Positions 1 to 14,276 are shown, counted from the first letter of the stretch. The stretch is DNA of 64,000 nucleotides from Eledone cirrhosa (GCA_964016885.1 OZ024740.1:198648001-198712000), one strand, 5' to 3'. Notes: generated by a model from the sequence alone, not told the origin. Translations and numbers: made by a program.

Positions 1-370
1 ATATAGTAATAATAATAAATTTGAAGACTAAAATCAAAAGAGGACTCGATAAGGATAAATATATCTCAAATATATAAGAACCGTAGAGCAAATATTTATT
101 AAAATAACAGATTAAAGTTTAAGCAAAGAATCGCTGCTTTCACCCTTAACGGGATCTTCTGAAACTAACAAAGTCAATCTGTAAACGCAGAAGTGGATAT
201 TTTAAAAAAAGTTGCAACCGGAGGAAGGCAGGTAGCCGATACTTTGGTTCGTGGAAACGTTCCCTGGCGAAGAACGGGAAAAAAACGAATATAATACGTC
301 ATTAATAGGAGCGGTAAAAAACAATTACACGCAAAGACAGAACCACGTTTATGGTATAAAAGAAGATTCC
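1..370 (-). mobile_element. Non-coding PLE pseudo-LTR-like repeat, family X (further copies ~1000-1290, ~20790-21085; opposite strand 23736-23805, 24005-24056)
   Basis: Near-identical sequence recurs five times next to (TA)n; four copies carry a variant HHR. Confidence 0.65.
117..165 (-). ncRNA. Variant type-I hammerhead (core CAGAAGA, CUU site); also 1023-1071 and 20811-20859
   Basis: Minus strand: gttt CAGAAGA tccc-gttaa-gggt GAAA gca-gcgattctt-tgc TT aaac; stems I and III pair, stem II has a T-T closing mismatch. Confidence 0.55.
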
Positions 371-851
371 GTGGTATATGAAACAGAAGACACATCGTCT
401 CAACCGAAGTACAAATCAAGATGGAATGTCGGAGGGTCACTTTAAAGGACGTTTCCTTACACATGAAACGAACTTTAGACACCTTAACAAGAGATATACC
501 ACTGAAGAATAGAGGCCCAGATTTTCACTTTAGTGGAGGATTCTTGAAAGATTTAAGTCCTATGAAAATGGAAAGAAAACATATAAATTATGCACAAATG
601 TTGAAATATGGAGAATACGAAAGTAACAGTAAACCACATGTAACTAACTACGAGACAATGTTTCGTATACTAAGGCTCAAACTTGCATGTCCAAATATAT
701 AATTAAAAACTGTAAAGACACGGCTTCAAAACATTGCAGCCACAGAAAGCAAACAACAGATAGCTTCTATAAACTCTTCAATATGGAGATGACCACATAC
801 GGTGGCCTTCGTTAACTTAAATACACACACACACGCACACGCACACACACA

Positions 852-952
<101 letters not shown>

Positions 953-1409
953 TAAAATAACAGATTTTTATTATTATTACTATATATATATATATATATA
1001 TTTATTAAAATAACAGATTAAAATTTAAGCAAAAAATCGCTGCTTTCACCCTTAACGGGATCTTCTGAAACTAACAAAGTCAATCTGTAAACGCAGGAGT
1101 GGATATTTCAAAAAACGTTGCAACCGGAGGAAGACAGGAAGACGATACTTTGGTTCGTGGAAACGTTCCCTGGCAAAGAACGGGAAAAAACGAATATAAT
1201 ACGTCATTAATAGGAGCGGTGAAAAAACAATTACGCGCAAAGACAGAACCACATTTATGGTATAAAAGAGGTCGTAGACTAATGTTCTCTTAGGTGGTTC
1301 ATAGAGACATTCTCTGGTAATGAACGAAAAAAACGAAGATAATACGTCATATGTGGAGCAGGAAGAACAATTGCACGCAAAGACGTAAATTGTATAGCAG
1401 AAGTCGTAG

Positions 1410-1560
1410 ACTAAAATTCTAACTAGGAGACCGAATGAATCTACGCTTCAGAGTTAATGTATGTATTTATTTAATTTCTATTACCTCTGTATTGTATTTA
1501 TTTACTTTGTTCTTAACTCTGAAGCGGAGATTCATACGGTCTCCTAGTTAGAATTTTAGT
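1410..1560. repeat. Inverted repeat, ~48-bp arms
   Basis: actaaaattctaactaggagaccg...ttcagagttaa mirrored by ttaactctgaa...cggtctcctagttagaattttagt. Confidence 0.85.
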
Positions 1561-1767
1561 AAAATATTTTGAACAGTTCTTTGATTCTCATAACTTATAT
1601 ATAAATATATATATATATATAATACTTAGGTTAATAGGAGTTAGGTATTGTATATCCGTGTCCCATTAAGGTATTGGCAGCATAATAATTACCTCTATGC
1701 TTTGGAGCAGAGCCGTATATATGATAAAGAACACAAGAGCGTCTACAACATCAACAGATTTTTATTG

Positions 1768-1812
1768 GCTTACAATGTTTCTTCCTTACGTAACCGTAGG
1801 TTTCTTCAGAGC
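1768..1812 (-). ncRNA. Minimal type-I hammerhead in 3' pseudo-LTR (second copy 6797-6841)
   Basis: gct CTGAAGA ..cctacg-gtta-cgtaagg.. GAAA cattg TA agc caataaa. Confidence 0.75.
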
Positions 1813-2148
1813 TATAAAAGGGGTTTGATTGGTGTTATGGACTCTACTCTTTGTTCCCGAATGTTTGGTTGGTAAAGAGAGTAAAGAGCAAAAGCAGGGG
1901 ACGATAAGTCTAATTTTGGTGCGGGAGGGTGGGGTGTGGGTCGTTGTTTACTAGCTGTGGTCATATTAATTCCCGGGAGTCGAGTGGTTAGTGGAGTCAT
2001 AGATGGGGTGGCGTCGATAGTAGGGTGCAGAGGGTGTGCAGAGGATACACACACATAACGGGCATACAATATATATATAAAACGGAGGAGAAAGTACATG
2101 AGGTAATTAGAAATGGAATAAGAGTAATACTAATAATCTATAATTAAT

Positions 2149-2264
2149 TGTTTCTACTTTAGGCACAAGGCCAGCAATCAACCAGTGCATTACTGGTACT
2201 TTATTTTATCGACCCCGTAAGGATGAAATGCAAATTTAACCTCGGCGGGATTTGAACTCAGATC
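2149..2264 (-). mobile_element. 5'-truncated tRNA-derived Deu/Nin-domain SINE (family 1) with 16-bp TSD
   Basis: TSD ataatctataattaat at 2133-2148 and 2265-2280; empty site in the other pseudo-LTR. Confidence 0.9.
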
Positions 2265-4055
2265 ATAATCTATAATTAATAATGTATAATAAGGCATGGG
2301 GAAGATTACACTATAATAAGGTATAAAATTAAGAATAAGGTAAAATATAGAGGAGGATAAGAGTGAAAATAAGAATAAAGATAAAAAAATATATATATAA
2401 AAAATATATAGAGAATATATAAAAAAATATAAGCAAGTATTAGAAGGGAAAAACACAATGTAAAAAAACCGATTTTGTCAAATAAAAATATTATAAATAT
2501 GGAGGGAGAAAACGGGATAGAGAAATATAATCAAATGTGATTAGTTGAGAGAATATAAGATGATAATAGTTATGTCGAGTTTATACATCTTAATAATAAA
2601 TAATCTGTATATCAGAGTTACACATCCTTCAATTCACTTGCAAGTTCAACCCACGTGGTATAGTCCATTGCTCATCTGTGCGGTCGTGTGCGTTTGTGTT
2701 TGACACCACAGCAGATGCACAAGTTCGTAAATTTCAATGCAGATAGAAATCTATTTTTGCTCACCCAAACATTGACGGAGGATCCAATATTCCTATTTCA
2801 TTGCCGACCCAATATGTGTGTGGTGTTATTTTGGTCGCACAAATCAATCACTTGGTTCAATATTATGGAGTATGGTTTTCTGGTCTTCGTTGCACTATCA
2901 GTGGTTGTATATCTCGAAATCACAAAGATCACAGTACTCCGGTTCGGTGTGATTATCGGTCATCCAACTATGTTGTCGGTGGTTGGATTCAATTCTATTG
3001 CCCAGAACATAGAACTTTGGTGTTGATTGAACATTAACGAGGCAGAGTGAGATCGCATCTGCGGTACAAAACGGTACGCAAGGAAATTCTTCGTCTTCGT
3101 TTCATCCGGGTCTCGCAGTTACGTGCAAGAACCGCTACGTAGTAATTGTGTGGGTAAGCGGTCAAGATAGTAACTGACCGAAAATTTTCTTGGGAATTCA
3201 GACAGGCATGACAGGTACATTTAGGTCAGAAGTTTCTTCATGTGTACGTCTGTCCGATACACACAGACACATATTTATATATATTTCAACTAAAAAACTT
3301 CAATTGATTCGCTTATTGATATTATATCTCTGTTGCTCCGATGTGCATGTTGTGATGTTCTGGTCGTGTTTACCATTCATTGTGTTTTGCCATTACCTTG
3401 GAATGTGATGTTTTAGTCATCAATAATCCGGCAAGCGCATTCCTCTCTTATATTGTGGAGAATGGTGTTCTGGTCCTCAGTAAACATTTGGGTCAGCAGG
3501 AGGGTTGGTGGTTCTCAGTTTCAACTGCGACAATACATATGTGTTACTCTACATATCGTGCTCCTCTCAAAGAAGAGTATTATAGGAGGAATTTATGCCA
3601 AACACCAAATATAGAGAAGACTTCTACAGAAAAAAAATATATACATACACACATATATACACATCATACACACACATACACATATATACACATATACATA
3701 CATATATATATACACATATCATATATACACACACATACAATATATATGTATATAATATACATATATATATATATATACAATATATATGTATACAATATAC
3801 ACATATATGCATGTATGCATGTACACATGCACACATATATACATACACATGTGTGTGTGTATGTGTGTGCGAGAGAAAAGGAGAATACACACACACACAC
3901 ACACACACACACAGCCGCAAACACAAACCTTGTAGGGGACTGTTCAACCCATAGGCTACCTATCTATCTGGGTTATGGGTTGGGGGAAGTTATAGTCAAG
4001 GAGCGGTATGTCTAGGTGGGGGTTGCGTAATATATGTTACGTCTATGTGGTAGGT

Positions 4056-6574
4056 TTAAAATAGAAGAAGGAACTCAGGATTTTGTGTTGGCAAGAGGAG
4101 AAAATATCCGATTTCCGATTTCCTGTTAAGCAGGTTCTGTTTAGAGTGTATTATGGCATGGCATTCTAGTAAACGCAGGTCACAACTCCCGCTCTGCGGT
4201 CGGTATGGCGTGGATCTAGTAAGCTTCCTCCAAAAAAGTTTGTATGGGGTATTATTATTTTTTAAAAAGGAGATTTTTCCCGCCAGTGAGGTGGCATTCT
4301 TATGTCTATCGAGCCTAAATGTGCACATATGCGCGTTATATCTAGTTTTAAATGTATTGGACGTTGATCCTATATATGTTTTGGTAGAGTTGTGTGTGGT
4401 TACGTCACATGCATATACGATGTTTTTCATGAGGCAAGTCGCCTTTAGGGGACAGTTACTACTCTGTCTACAATTGCAACTGCGGGTTCGATCAGTTAGC
4501 GTACCTCCCGAACTTTGGTTACTAGCATTATCACTAGGTGCCTCTATATCATTAGGTGACTCAGTGATGCTATTATGTTGCCTATTTTCCAGTGGTTAAC
4601 TGCCATTTTAAATGTTTCGAAACCTTCCCTAGTTTTCCTAATGTTCGTGCGTGCTAGGTGTGATGCGAGGTTGGGTGTGGTCGAATAGGATAATTTAATC
4701 AAGTTTTTGTTAATTATGTTGCGATATCTATTGCCTGGTGGGAAGTTTTTTTCTAATAATGAGAAGAATACTCTGGGGAGGTTAGTGAGGACCTCAGAGT
4801 TAAAAGGTGGGTTAAAATACATGTTTTTCCTTCTTCTATTTTTCTTATCTGTGGGGTGAGTCTCATTACTGTGCGTACTATTTTGTAGGGTTCCGTTATT
4901 AACGTTAATGGCGTTGTCTGTTTTGCTTATGCCCGGATGGTTTATATTCATGGCATGATCATTTGCTGCTTTAGAGTTGTGGTGAGGGACTCTAGTATTG
5001 TCTCTACGTGGTTTACATTTAGCTGGGTTACCGCCATTAGGGTTCTTACTATTATTCTTGCCTCTACGTTGGTTAGGTTTGTGGCCATACTATGTGTGAT
5101 TATGTTGGTAGGTTTCACACTCATGGTTTGGGAGTCCTTATGTATATATGATAATCTATTCCAGTAACCAGATTCTGCTAGGGCCTTGTCATAATACTCT
5201 GCATTGGAGTTGAAGATACTCTCATTACAGGACAGTCTGCTAATTCTATTAGAGACCCCCTTGGGAATAGCATTTAGGACTGATTTGGGGTGGTTGGATC
5301 TGGCGTTTACATATGTTAGTCTATCATTAGGTTTATGGTAGGGTGCAAATGTTTTAGTTTCTAGGTCAAGGGTGGCGTCTAGGAAGTTTACTGTTTTGTC
5401 ATTTGCATCTATAGTAATACTTAGATTAAAGCTTTTAAAGAACCTACGTAACTGTTTCCTAGTTCTTTCTATATTGCACTTTTTATACTCGAGAGTGAAG
5501 AGGGCGTCATCACGATATAAGCCGCCCTTCAGGTGCGGTAATGTCTCATGTAACTCCTTTAAGAGGTACAATCCTACCAGGTCCGTTACTTGTGCAGAGT
5601 CACTAGATCCCATTGTGATGTCGAAGTTATTGGGCGTATTCTTGCGGGTCCCCCATTCGTCCTCAAATGTGATTATCGTTTTCCGGGCCGCAAGAATGAC
5701 ATGAATTTGGGACCTAGTGAGGTCACTTTTCTGCATGGCCATGATTATGGCCTTATTAAGGAGTATGGGGGGAGATTGAGGTGTAGTACGCATCGATGTC
5801 GAATTGTATAAATTTAAGGGATTTATGGTTGCTAAGGCTTGAGAACCATTTCAAAACCTCTTCCGTATTCTCCCATAGCTCTAGATTTATTTTCCTCCTG
5901 ATGGTAGGTATAACGCCGTTTAAAATGTTCTTACTGATAATCCCTATATCTGACTTCGATGGGCTAATTAATCTAACAGAGGGTTTACTAATGAAGTTAG
6001 CCTTATGGTCTTTAAGTGTGAACCTGGGTTGCCAAGGGGTATATGGTTGGGTATACTTTTGCAGGCCTAGTTTATCCACTATGGCGCATGCTTCCTTATT
6101 AATTTCATCTAGGTTTGCGCTTGTTGTCTTTTTATAGTTTCTATTTAATTCATTGTATATAAACCTGCGATACGTATCATAATTTAAGCTATGAATATTT
6201 CTGGTTTTATCCGAGGTGACCAGGATATCTCTTTTATCGTTAAAGCCCTCAACTAAGGTTTCCAGTTTCATCCGGAATTTGTAGCTATTCCTATGGGGGT
6301 TTTGAAACTTAATATTCCTTACTAGTGATAGGAGGTCATTCTCAAATCCATCTAGCATGGAGCTATGGGGCGGGCTCCTATAGGTTTTAAAACCGAATTT
6401 ATTATTGGGGGACACCGTGGTTGATTTCTTATTTCTCTTATCGAAGTGGAAAGTGCGTCATCTAATACGCTTAACGAAGGAGTTAACACTAGCTATCAAT
6501 AATTTCTCATAAGTAGTCCTGGATGGGGTTGGGATGTTCTTGAGTGATATAGGTAGGTAGTCTTTAGTTAGCAT
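4056..6574 (-). pseudogene. Naiad-like PLE RT + GIY-YIG endonuclease, disrupted
   Basis: ATG at 6574 gives MLTKDYLPISLKNIP..KRIR*; motifs FIQFDI, FDITMGSSDSAQVTDLVG, LYRDD, CNC..CPL, YIGST..FKTRY; one stop and at least 3 frameshifts. Confidence 0.92.
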
Positions 6575-8344
6575 GCTGCTAATCAATTATAATCATACAC
6601 ACAAGTGGACAGGTTATAAGGAGTTAGCTCAACCGGGGGGAGCCGTAGAAATACTTAGGTTAATAGGAGTTAGGTATTGTATACCCGTGTCCCATTAAGG
6701 TATTGGCAGCATAATAATTAGCTCTATGCTTTGGAGCAGAGCCGTATATATGATAAAGAACACAAGAGCGTCTACAACATCAAAAGATTTTTATTGGCTT
6801 ACAATGTTTCTTCATTACGTAACCGTAGGTTTCTTCAGAGCTATAAAAGGGGTTTGATTGGTGTTATGGACTCTACCAACCAAACATTCAAGAACAAAGA
6901 GTAAAGAGAGTAAAGAGCAAAAGCAGGGGACGATAAGTCTAATTTTGGTGCGGGGTGGGTGGGGTGTGGGTCCTTGTTTACTAGCTGTGGTCATATTCAT
7001 TCCCGGGAGTCGAGTGGTTAGTGGAGTCATAGATGGGGTGGCGTCGATAGTAGGGTGCAGAGGGTGTGCAGATGCTACACACACACAAAGGGCATACAAT
7101 ATATATATATAAAACGGAGGAGAAAGTACATGAGGTAATTAGAAATGGAATAAGAGTAATAATAATAATCTATAATTAATAATGTATAATAAGGCATGGG
7201 GAAGATTACACTATAATAAGGTATAACATTAAGAATAAGGTAAAATATATAGGAGGATAAGAGTGAAAATAAGAATAAAGATAACAAAATATATATATAA
7301 AAAATATATAGAGAATATATAAAAAAATATAAGCAAGTATTAGAAGGGAAAAACACAATGTAAAAAAACCGATTTTGTCAAATAAAAATATTATAAATAT
7401 GGGGGGAGAAAACGGGATAGAGAAATATAATCAAATGTGATTAGTTGAGAGAATATCAGATGATAATAGTTATGTCGAGTTTATACATCTTAATAATAAA
7501 TAATCTGTATATCAGAGTTACACATCCTTCAATTCACTTGCAAGTTCAACCCACGTGGTATAGTCCATTGCTCATCTGTGCGGTCGTGTGCGTTTGTGTT
7601 TGACACCACAGCAGATGCACAAGTTCGTAAATTTCAATGCAGATAGAAATCTATTTTTGCTCACCCAAACATTGACGGAGGATCCAATATTCCTAGTTCA
7701 TTGCCAACCGAATATGTGTGTGCTGTTATTTTGGTCGCACAAATCAATCACTTGGTTCAATATTATGGAGTATGGTTTTCTGGTCTTCGTTACACTATCA
7801 GTGGTTGTATATCTCGAAATCACAAAGATCACAGTACTCCGGTTTGGTGTGATTATCGGTCATCCAAATATGTTGTCGGTGGTTGGATTCAATTCTATTG
7901 CCCAGAACGTAGAACTTTGGTGTTGATTGAACATTAACGAGGCAGAGTGAGATCGCATCTGTGGTACAAAACGGTACGCAAGGAAATTCTTCGTCTTCGT
8001 TTCATCCGGGTCTCGCAGTTACGTGCAAGAACCGCTACGTAGTAATTGTGTGGGTAAGCGGTCAAGATAGTAACTGACCGAAATTTTCTTGGGAATTCAG
8101 ACAGGCATGACAGGTACATTTAGGTCAGAAGTTTCTTCATGTGTACGTCTGTCCGATACACACAGACACATATTTATATATATTTCAACTAAAAAACTTC
8201 AATTGATTCGCTTATTGATATTATATCTCTGTTTCCGATGTGCATGTTGTGATGTTCTGGTCGTGTTTACCATCCACTGTGTTTTGCCATTACCTTGGAA
8301 TGTGATGTTTTGGTCCATCTGGTTCCTTACCACAATTCCTCCGT

Positions 8345-8718
<374 letters not shown>

Positions 8719-9133
8719 GATACAGGGAAGACATGTTAATAGTATGAAATGTCAAGTAGAGCAAATGCTCTTGTACAAACAATAGCGTGAAAGATTATGC
8801 TAATTGTATCATAAATAGTACAATGTTAAATAAGTGGCTGAGACATTGGATGGTATGAAATGGTAGCTTTCACGGTGGATGGCAGTTAGAGCAGCTCCTG
8901 TTTATCAAATTAGGAGTGGTGTTAATGGAGATGATTAAATTACAAAAATATAAATGTATATATCAAACGTTTATTGACAATATTAAAATAAACAGTAAAC
9001 AAAATAAAAAGGGAGGAAATTCATCTGACGGTAGAAAAGGTGCAGAAAGCATTTCTACGAAGAATAACCAGCAAAATCCGCTGCATCACTCATTCCATCT
9101 GATGGGATTTCTCCCTCAACTGTGACGCCTACG

Positions 9134-9258
9134 TCATGATTTGGTGGAGGAAAACGACAATCCGGGGTCAGATGACACGGACGTTCTTATGGTGACAGAG
9201 CGAAAGTTAAACGGTCTGTTGACGCCTAGTAGTTTTATAAAATGAGGCTTTATCTTAC
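9134..9258 (-). CDS. Possible terminal coding exon (KIKPHFIKLLGVNRPFNFRSVTIRTSVSSDPGLSFSSTKS*)
   Basis: ttttgtgtgtgtag acceptor-like site, 40 open codons in unique sequence; loosely resembles a GPCR helix-8/Ser-rich tail; no upstream exons identified. Confidence 0.2.
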
Positions 9259-10023
9259 CTACACACACAAAACCGTTGGTGTTATAGGCTTAAGATTAGG
9301 TGAAGACTGAAACTAAATACAGTTCTTTCGAACAATCCCGATTCAATTTTCCAGTAGTATCATGAAATAAATGAATCAAATCAAAAATGAAGTTGTGGTT
9401 TGAATAACAATGCGAATCTTATAAATTAATCTTTCATTTTCGAAACAAAATACGACGAAGATATGGAAGTAACAGAAAATAAAAAAAAAAAAAAAATAAA
9501 GTAAGATTGTGAATTAAGATAGGAAAAATAAGGTATTGCAGCTCATGTTTGTCCGAAAATGAGTTTTTGATGAAACAATAATTATATGATAAACAGAAGG
9601 ATTATCATAACTAGTGGGTAATGATGAAGAGTGGGAAATAATTATTTATTTTAGAACATATATAACGATGATTCTCATAACAATTGCGAGAATATATGAA
9701 TACAATTAAATTATGGCAGAAATACATTATAAACTTATTAATATTATGAAATATTGTGTTGAAAATAACGGGAAAATATAGCAAAATCAGATATTTGGAT
9801 AGCAATTGTATTGAAAAGATAGCGTAATATTAGAATATATTTATGATGCTGAAGTGGAGAAAATTAGGGAAAAGATACGAGAAATATACAAGTAGGGAAA
9901 CACAAGGAAAAATTAAAAATCGAAACGAAAATGTGAGGGAAGAGAATGAGAATTTATTCCGATATATTAAAACATCTACTGCACTAGAATATGAGTGAGT
10001 CTATATATATGTGTAAACACACA

Positions 10024-10096
<73 letters not shown>

Positions 10097-10194
10097 ATAC
10101 ATACATCCATATACATACATATATATGTATATACATACATACATGTATATATATATATACATACATACACATATATATATATATATGCAATTGT

Positions 10195-10830
10195 GGACAA
10201 CAAGATAAGCTGGGTCACTCTCATATAAATAGCAAAGTTGACATGGCCCGGAGAATGTGCTCCTGGATTCTCAAATCTTTCCAGTCGAGAGATATCCACA
10301 CTATTATCCTTCTCTTCTCCACTTTTGCCCGACCACAGCTTGAATACTGTTGCCCACTGTGGTCTCCTCACACAAAACGAAGTATCGTGAAATTTGAAGC
10401 ACCTCAAAGGACAATTACAAAAAAAAAAAAAAATACATGGCATGTATTGACTATTGGGGTCGACTAGAAACAACTCAAACTTTATTCTCTCCAACGTTGC
10501 TGTGAGTGCTACATCATCTGCATGATGCGGAAGATATTCCATCAGCATTGCCAAAATGATTTTGGCATCAGCTTTAAGGTATTCCCAAGGCTTAACCCCG
10601 TGCTATCCACACACAACAAAAATTACAATCGCATCCCTTAATAACAATACGGCACAATTATTTCACCGCAATTTGCCCCGCTATCTTTAACATTACACCA
10701 AAACACATTAAAACAGAAACGCCCCATAAAGTTCAAGACGTCTTTGCCGGATAAACCTTCTACACCCGGATGTGTCTCCCTAAACAATAACTCTTTACGT
10801 GAGTGAGCCATGGTCCAAATCCATGGATAT
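10195..10830 (+). mobile_element. CR1-group LINE 3' fragment
   Basis: WILKSFQSRD..LFSTFARPQLEYCCPLWSPH..QRTITK, typical C-terminal region of CR1/L2 ORF2; frameshifted. Confidence 0.85.
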
Positions 10831-10858
10831 CCATGCATTTGTTTACACGCATACACAT

Positions 10859-10897
<39 letters not shown>

Positions 10898-11057
10898 TAT
10901 ATACATATATATATATACAGGAAAATGTTCGAGACCACGACGGCAGAGCTCAAGCCTTTTCGACGGCTATTTCTGGACTCAGAAAAAGTATTGAGTACTC
11001 TGGTGTGTGATGGTCTACCCGATTCCTTACCACACTTCCTTCGTTATATATATATAC

Positions 11058-11151
<94 letters not shown>

Positions 11152-12429
11152 CTTCAAAATATTAAGAAATATAGACATTCATGTGATCAAATATATTTTA
11201 TTATACATATTTCAGAGATACTGAGCTATTTCAACAGTGCGTCCTCATCAGATAAAATAGGTTGATGTCTGACATACCTTGACTATGTTGATGGTTATAA
11301 TTTAGTCATGGCAGTGATTAGTTATGACAAAACTCGATATTTATATCCCTTAAGTTGAAACATGAAACATTACATATAATACAGAGGGTTGCGTATGAGA
11401 ATGTGTAAAAAGATATATAAATAATTAATAATATATACTACATAAACTTATATAACTGTTAAAAATTTAAATATTATTAATATATTCATATGGGTAATTG
11501 CTGGCCTTGTGCCTAAAGTAGAAACAATTATTGTTGATAGTGGAAGCGATAGATCGAGATAGCAAATCATGAGGAAAAAGAGAAAAAGAGAAAACACAGA
11601 AGAGGGAGATTTGATCGTAGGAATAAGAGAAGGGAGAAATGATCAAATGATAGAGAGAGGAAAATAAGTTAAATCGTATAATCAAAGTGAGTAAGATATG
11701 TATTGTAAGATATAAATAGCGTATAATTAGATAGGGGGAAAGAATAATGCGTGACTGTTTATTTTCGAATCTTAAGTTAATTGAAAATAGTCAATTAATC
11801 AAATTACATAAGATTTTAGACTATAAAATTTTAAAGGATTTATATTATTGTATTATATATGAGTTCAAGCAAATGTAACGTGAAAGAGATACATTTATGT
11901 CCATCATAACTCCAAAGGTATTCACAAGTATATTTAAAAGTATATTAAAATCAAGAATATAATTAATATATTAGTAAAAAAAAACTTAAAATTAAAATGT
12001 TATTAATAAGTCATAAAGCATTATAAATGTATCTAATAAGATATTATTAAACCAGATTTATCTAGATATACACATTTATATAATTTATATATAGACTAAA
12101 AATGTTAAGGTTTAAGACGACATTATTCACTTATATGTAGTATAATTTCTGTTGAGAGTGTTATAAATTTAATTCAACTAGATTTTACTGTATTTAAAAT
12201 TGTACATGTTGTGAGTAACATTAGCAATAATATTGATACTGTTAATAACAATAACATTAACTTAAGCACTCACAACAGAACACCTATTAGCAATGATAAC
12301 TTGTACAGTTTAAATTATAATAATAATAGTAAATCGAAATGTAACTGTAGAAATAGATCGAATTGCCCTCTGCAAAATAATTGTCTTGATAAGAACCTAG
12401 TTTATAAATGTACTGTTAAAGCAAATAAC

Positions 12430-12614
12430 TGTTTCTACTTTAGGCACAAGGCCAGCAATTATCCAGTACATTACTGGTACTTTATTTTATCGACCCCGTA
12501 AGGATGAAAGGCAAAGTCAACCTCGGCGGGATTTTGAACTGAGATCGTAAAGGGACGTAACTATGCTGGAAAGCATGGTATCCGACCCTCTACCGATACT
12601 GCCAATCCACCGCC
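12430..12614 (-). mobile_element. Full-length SINE family 1 inserted in the GIY-YIG ORF, 17-bp TSD
   Basis: TSD ctgttaaagcaaataac at 12413-12429 and 12615-12631. Confidence 0.92.
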
Positions 12615-14276
12615 CTGTTAAAGCAAATAACATCACCTACAACTATATAGGAGCAACCTCATCGAGCTTTAAATTAAGATATTCGAATCACAAGCACTCT
12701 CTTTCGAATCCGGATAAGAAATTCTCCACTTCTTTATCACAACTCATATGGTCCTTGAAAGACAAAAAATTAGAATACTCAATATTTTGGTCAACACTTT
12801 GTAATAGCCAAGTCTACATTAATTCATCCGTATCTCCTAACTGCAATCTTTGTGATATGGAGACCCTATTAATAATTACTAATTATGATAAGTTAATTAA
12901 CAAAAAAAAATGAATTATTCTCAAATTGCTTGCACAAAGCTACATCTACATTCCAAGCTTCACAAAAAATCAGGAAAAAACATTGAAATGATTTAGACGT
13001 TTATTAATAACTCTGAGTGTGAAACAATATTGTCTCACATTAAAAATTCTTGTAATGCTTTTATTATTTATACTATTATTAATATTAGATTACGGGTTTC
13101 TACCTTAACATTGAAAGTGTTAACCTGATCTCTTGTTGAGTACGTATGACCTTTACATTGTTTAAATACATTTAATTTTGGTTTTCGTATTTTCTAAGTC
13201 TTATATCATATATATTTGATACCTTTAATGTATTCAGGCTTGTAAACCGTTTAATTACTTTGAATGGTTATTTACGATTCATGGGGATATGCTTATACAT
13301 TTATAGTATAAAAGTATCCTTAGATCCAAGTTGATACATGTTTTTGTATACTTAAATTGAAGTAACATTTTAAGTACAGTAAAATCTAGTTGAATTAAAT
13401 TTATAATACTCTCAACAGAAATCATACTACATATAAGTGAATAATATCGTCTTAAACCTTAAAATGTATAGTCTATATATAAATTATATAAATGTGTATA
13501 TCTAGATAAATCTGGTTTAATAATATCATATTAGATACATTTATAATGCTTTATGACTTATTAATAATATTTTAATTTTAAGTTTTTTTTTACTAATATA
13601 TTGATTATATTGTTAATTTTAATATACTTTTAAATATACTTGTGAATACCTTTGGAGTTATGATGGACATAAATGTATCTCTTTCACGTTACATTTGCTT
13701 GAACTCAGATATAATACAATAATATAAATCCTTTAAAATTTTATTGTCTAAAATCTTATGTCATTTGATTAATTGACTATTTTCAATTAACTTAAGATTT
13801 GAAAATAAACAGTCACGCATTATTCTTTCTCCCTATCTAATTATACGCTATTTATATCTTACAATACATATCTCCCTCCCTTTGATTATACGATTTAACT
13901 TATTTTCCTCTCTCTATCATTTCATCATTTCTCCCTTCTCTTGTTCCTACGATCAACTCTCCCTCTTCTGTGTTTTCTCTTTTTCTCTTTTTCCTCATGA
14001 TTTGCTATCTCGATCTATCACTTCCACTATCAACAATAATGAGGTATAAATATGTTAATATTATTTAAATTGTTAACAGTTATATAAGTTTATGTAGTAT
14101 ATATTATTAATTATTTATATATCTTTTTACACATTCTCATACGCACCCTCTGTATTATATGTAATTTTTCATGTTTCAACATAAGGGATATAAATATCGA
14201 GTTTTGTCATAACTAATCACTGCCATGACTAAATTATAACCATCAACATAGTCAAGGTATATCAGGCATCAACTTA

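Larger units (their letters stand above)
1621..8315 (-). mobile_element. Full-length Penelope-like element (Naiad-like) with ~1.7-kb direct pseudo-LTRs (1621-3418 and 6650-8315)
   Basis: Two near-identical direct repeats flank a decayed RT/GIY-YIG ORF; each repeat has an HHR followed by AATAAA; both outer ends lie at or near (TA)n. Confidence 0.9.

Noticed and set aside
6458-6460. In-frame TGA in a Naiad-like ORF as possible selenocysteine (some Naiads encode selenoproteins)
   Set aside because: It replaces the Trp of R-I/V-R-W (TGG in the intact copy), not a Cys; the ORF also has frameshifts and I saw no SECIS
9010-9117. Hairpin as a SECIS element
   Set aside because: ATGA is present on minus, but there is no matching 3' GA quartet or apical AA at proper spacing
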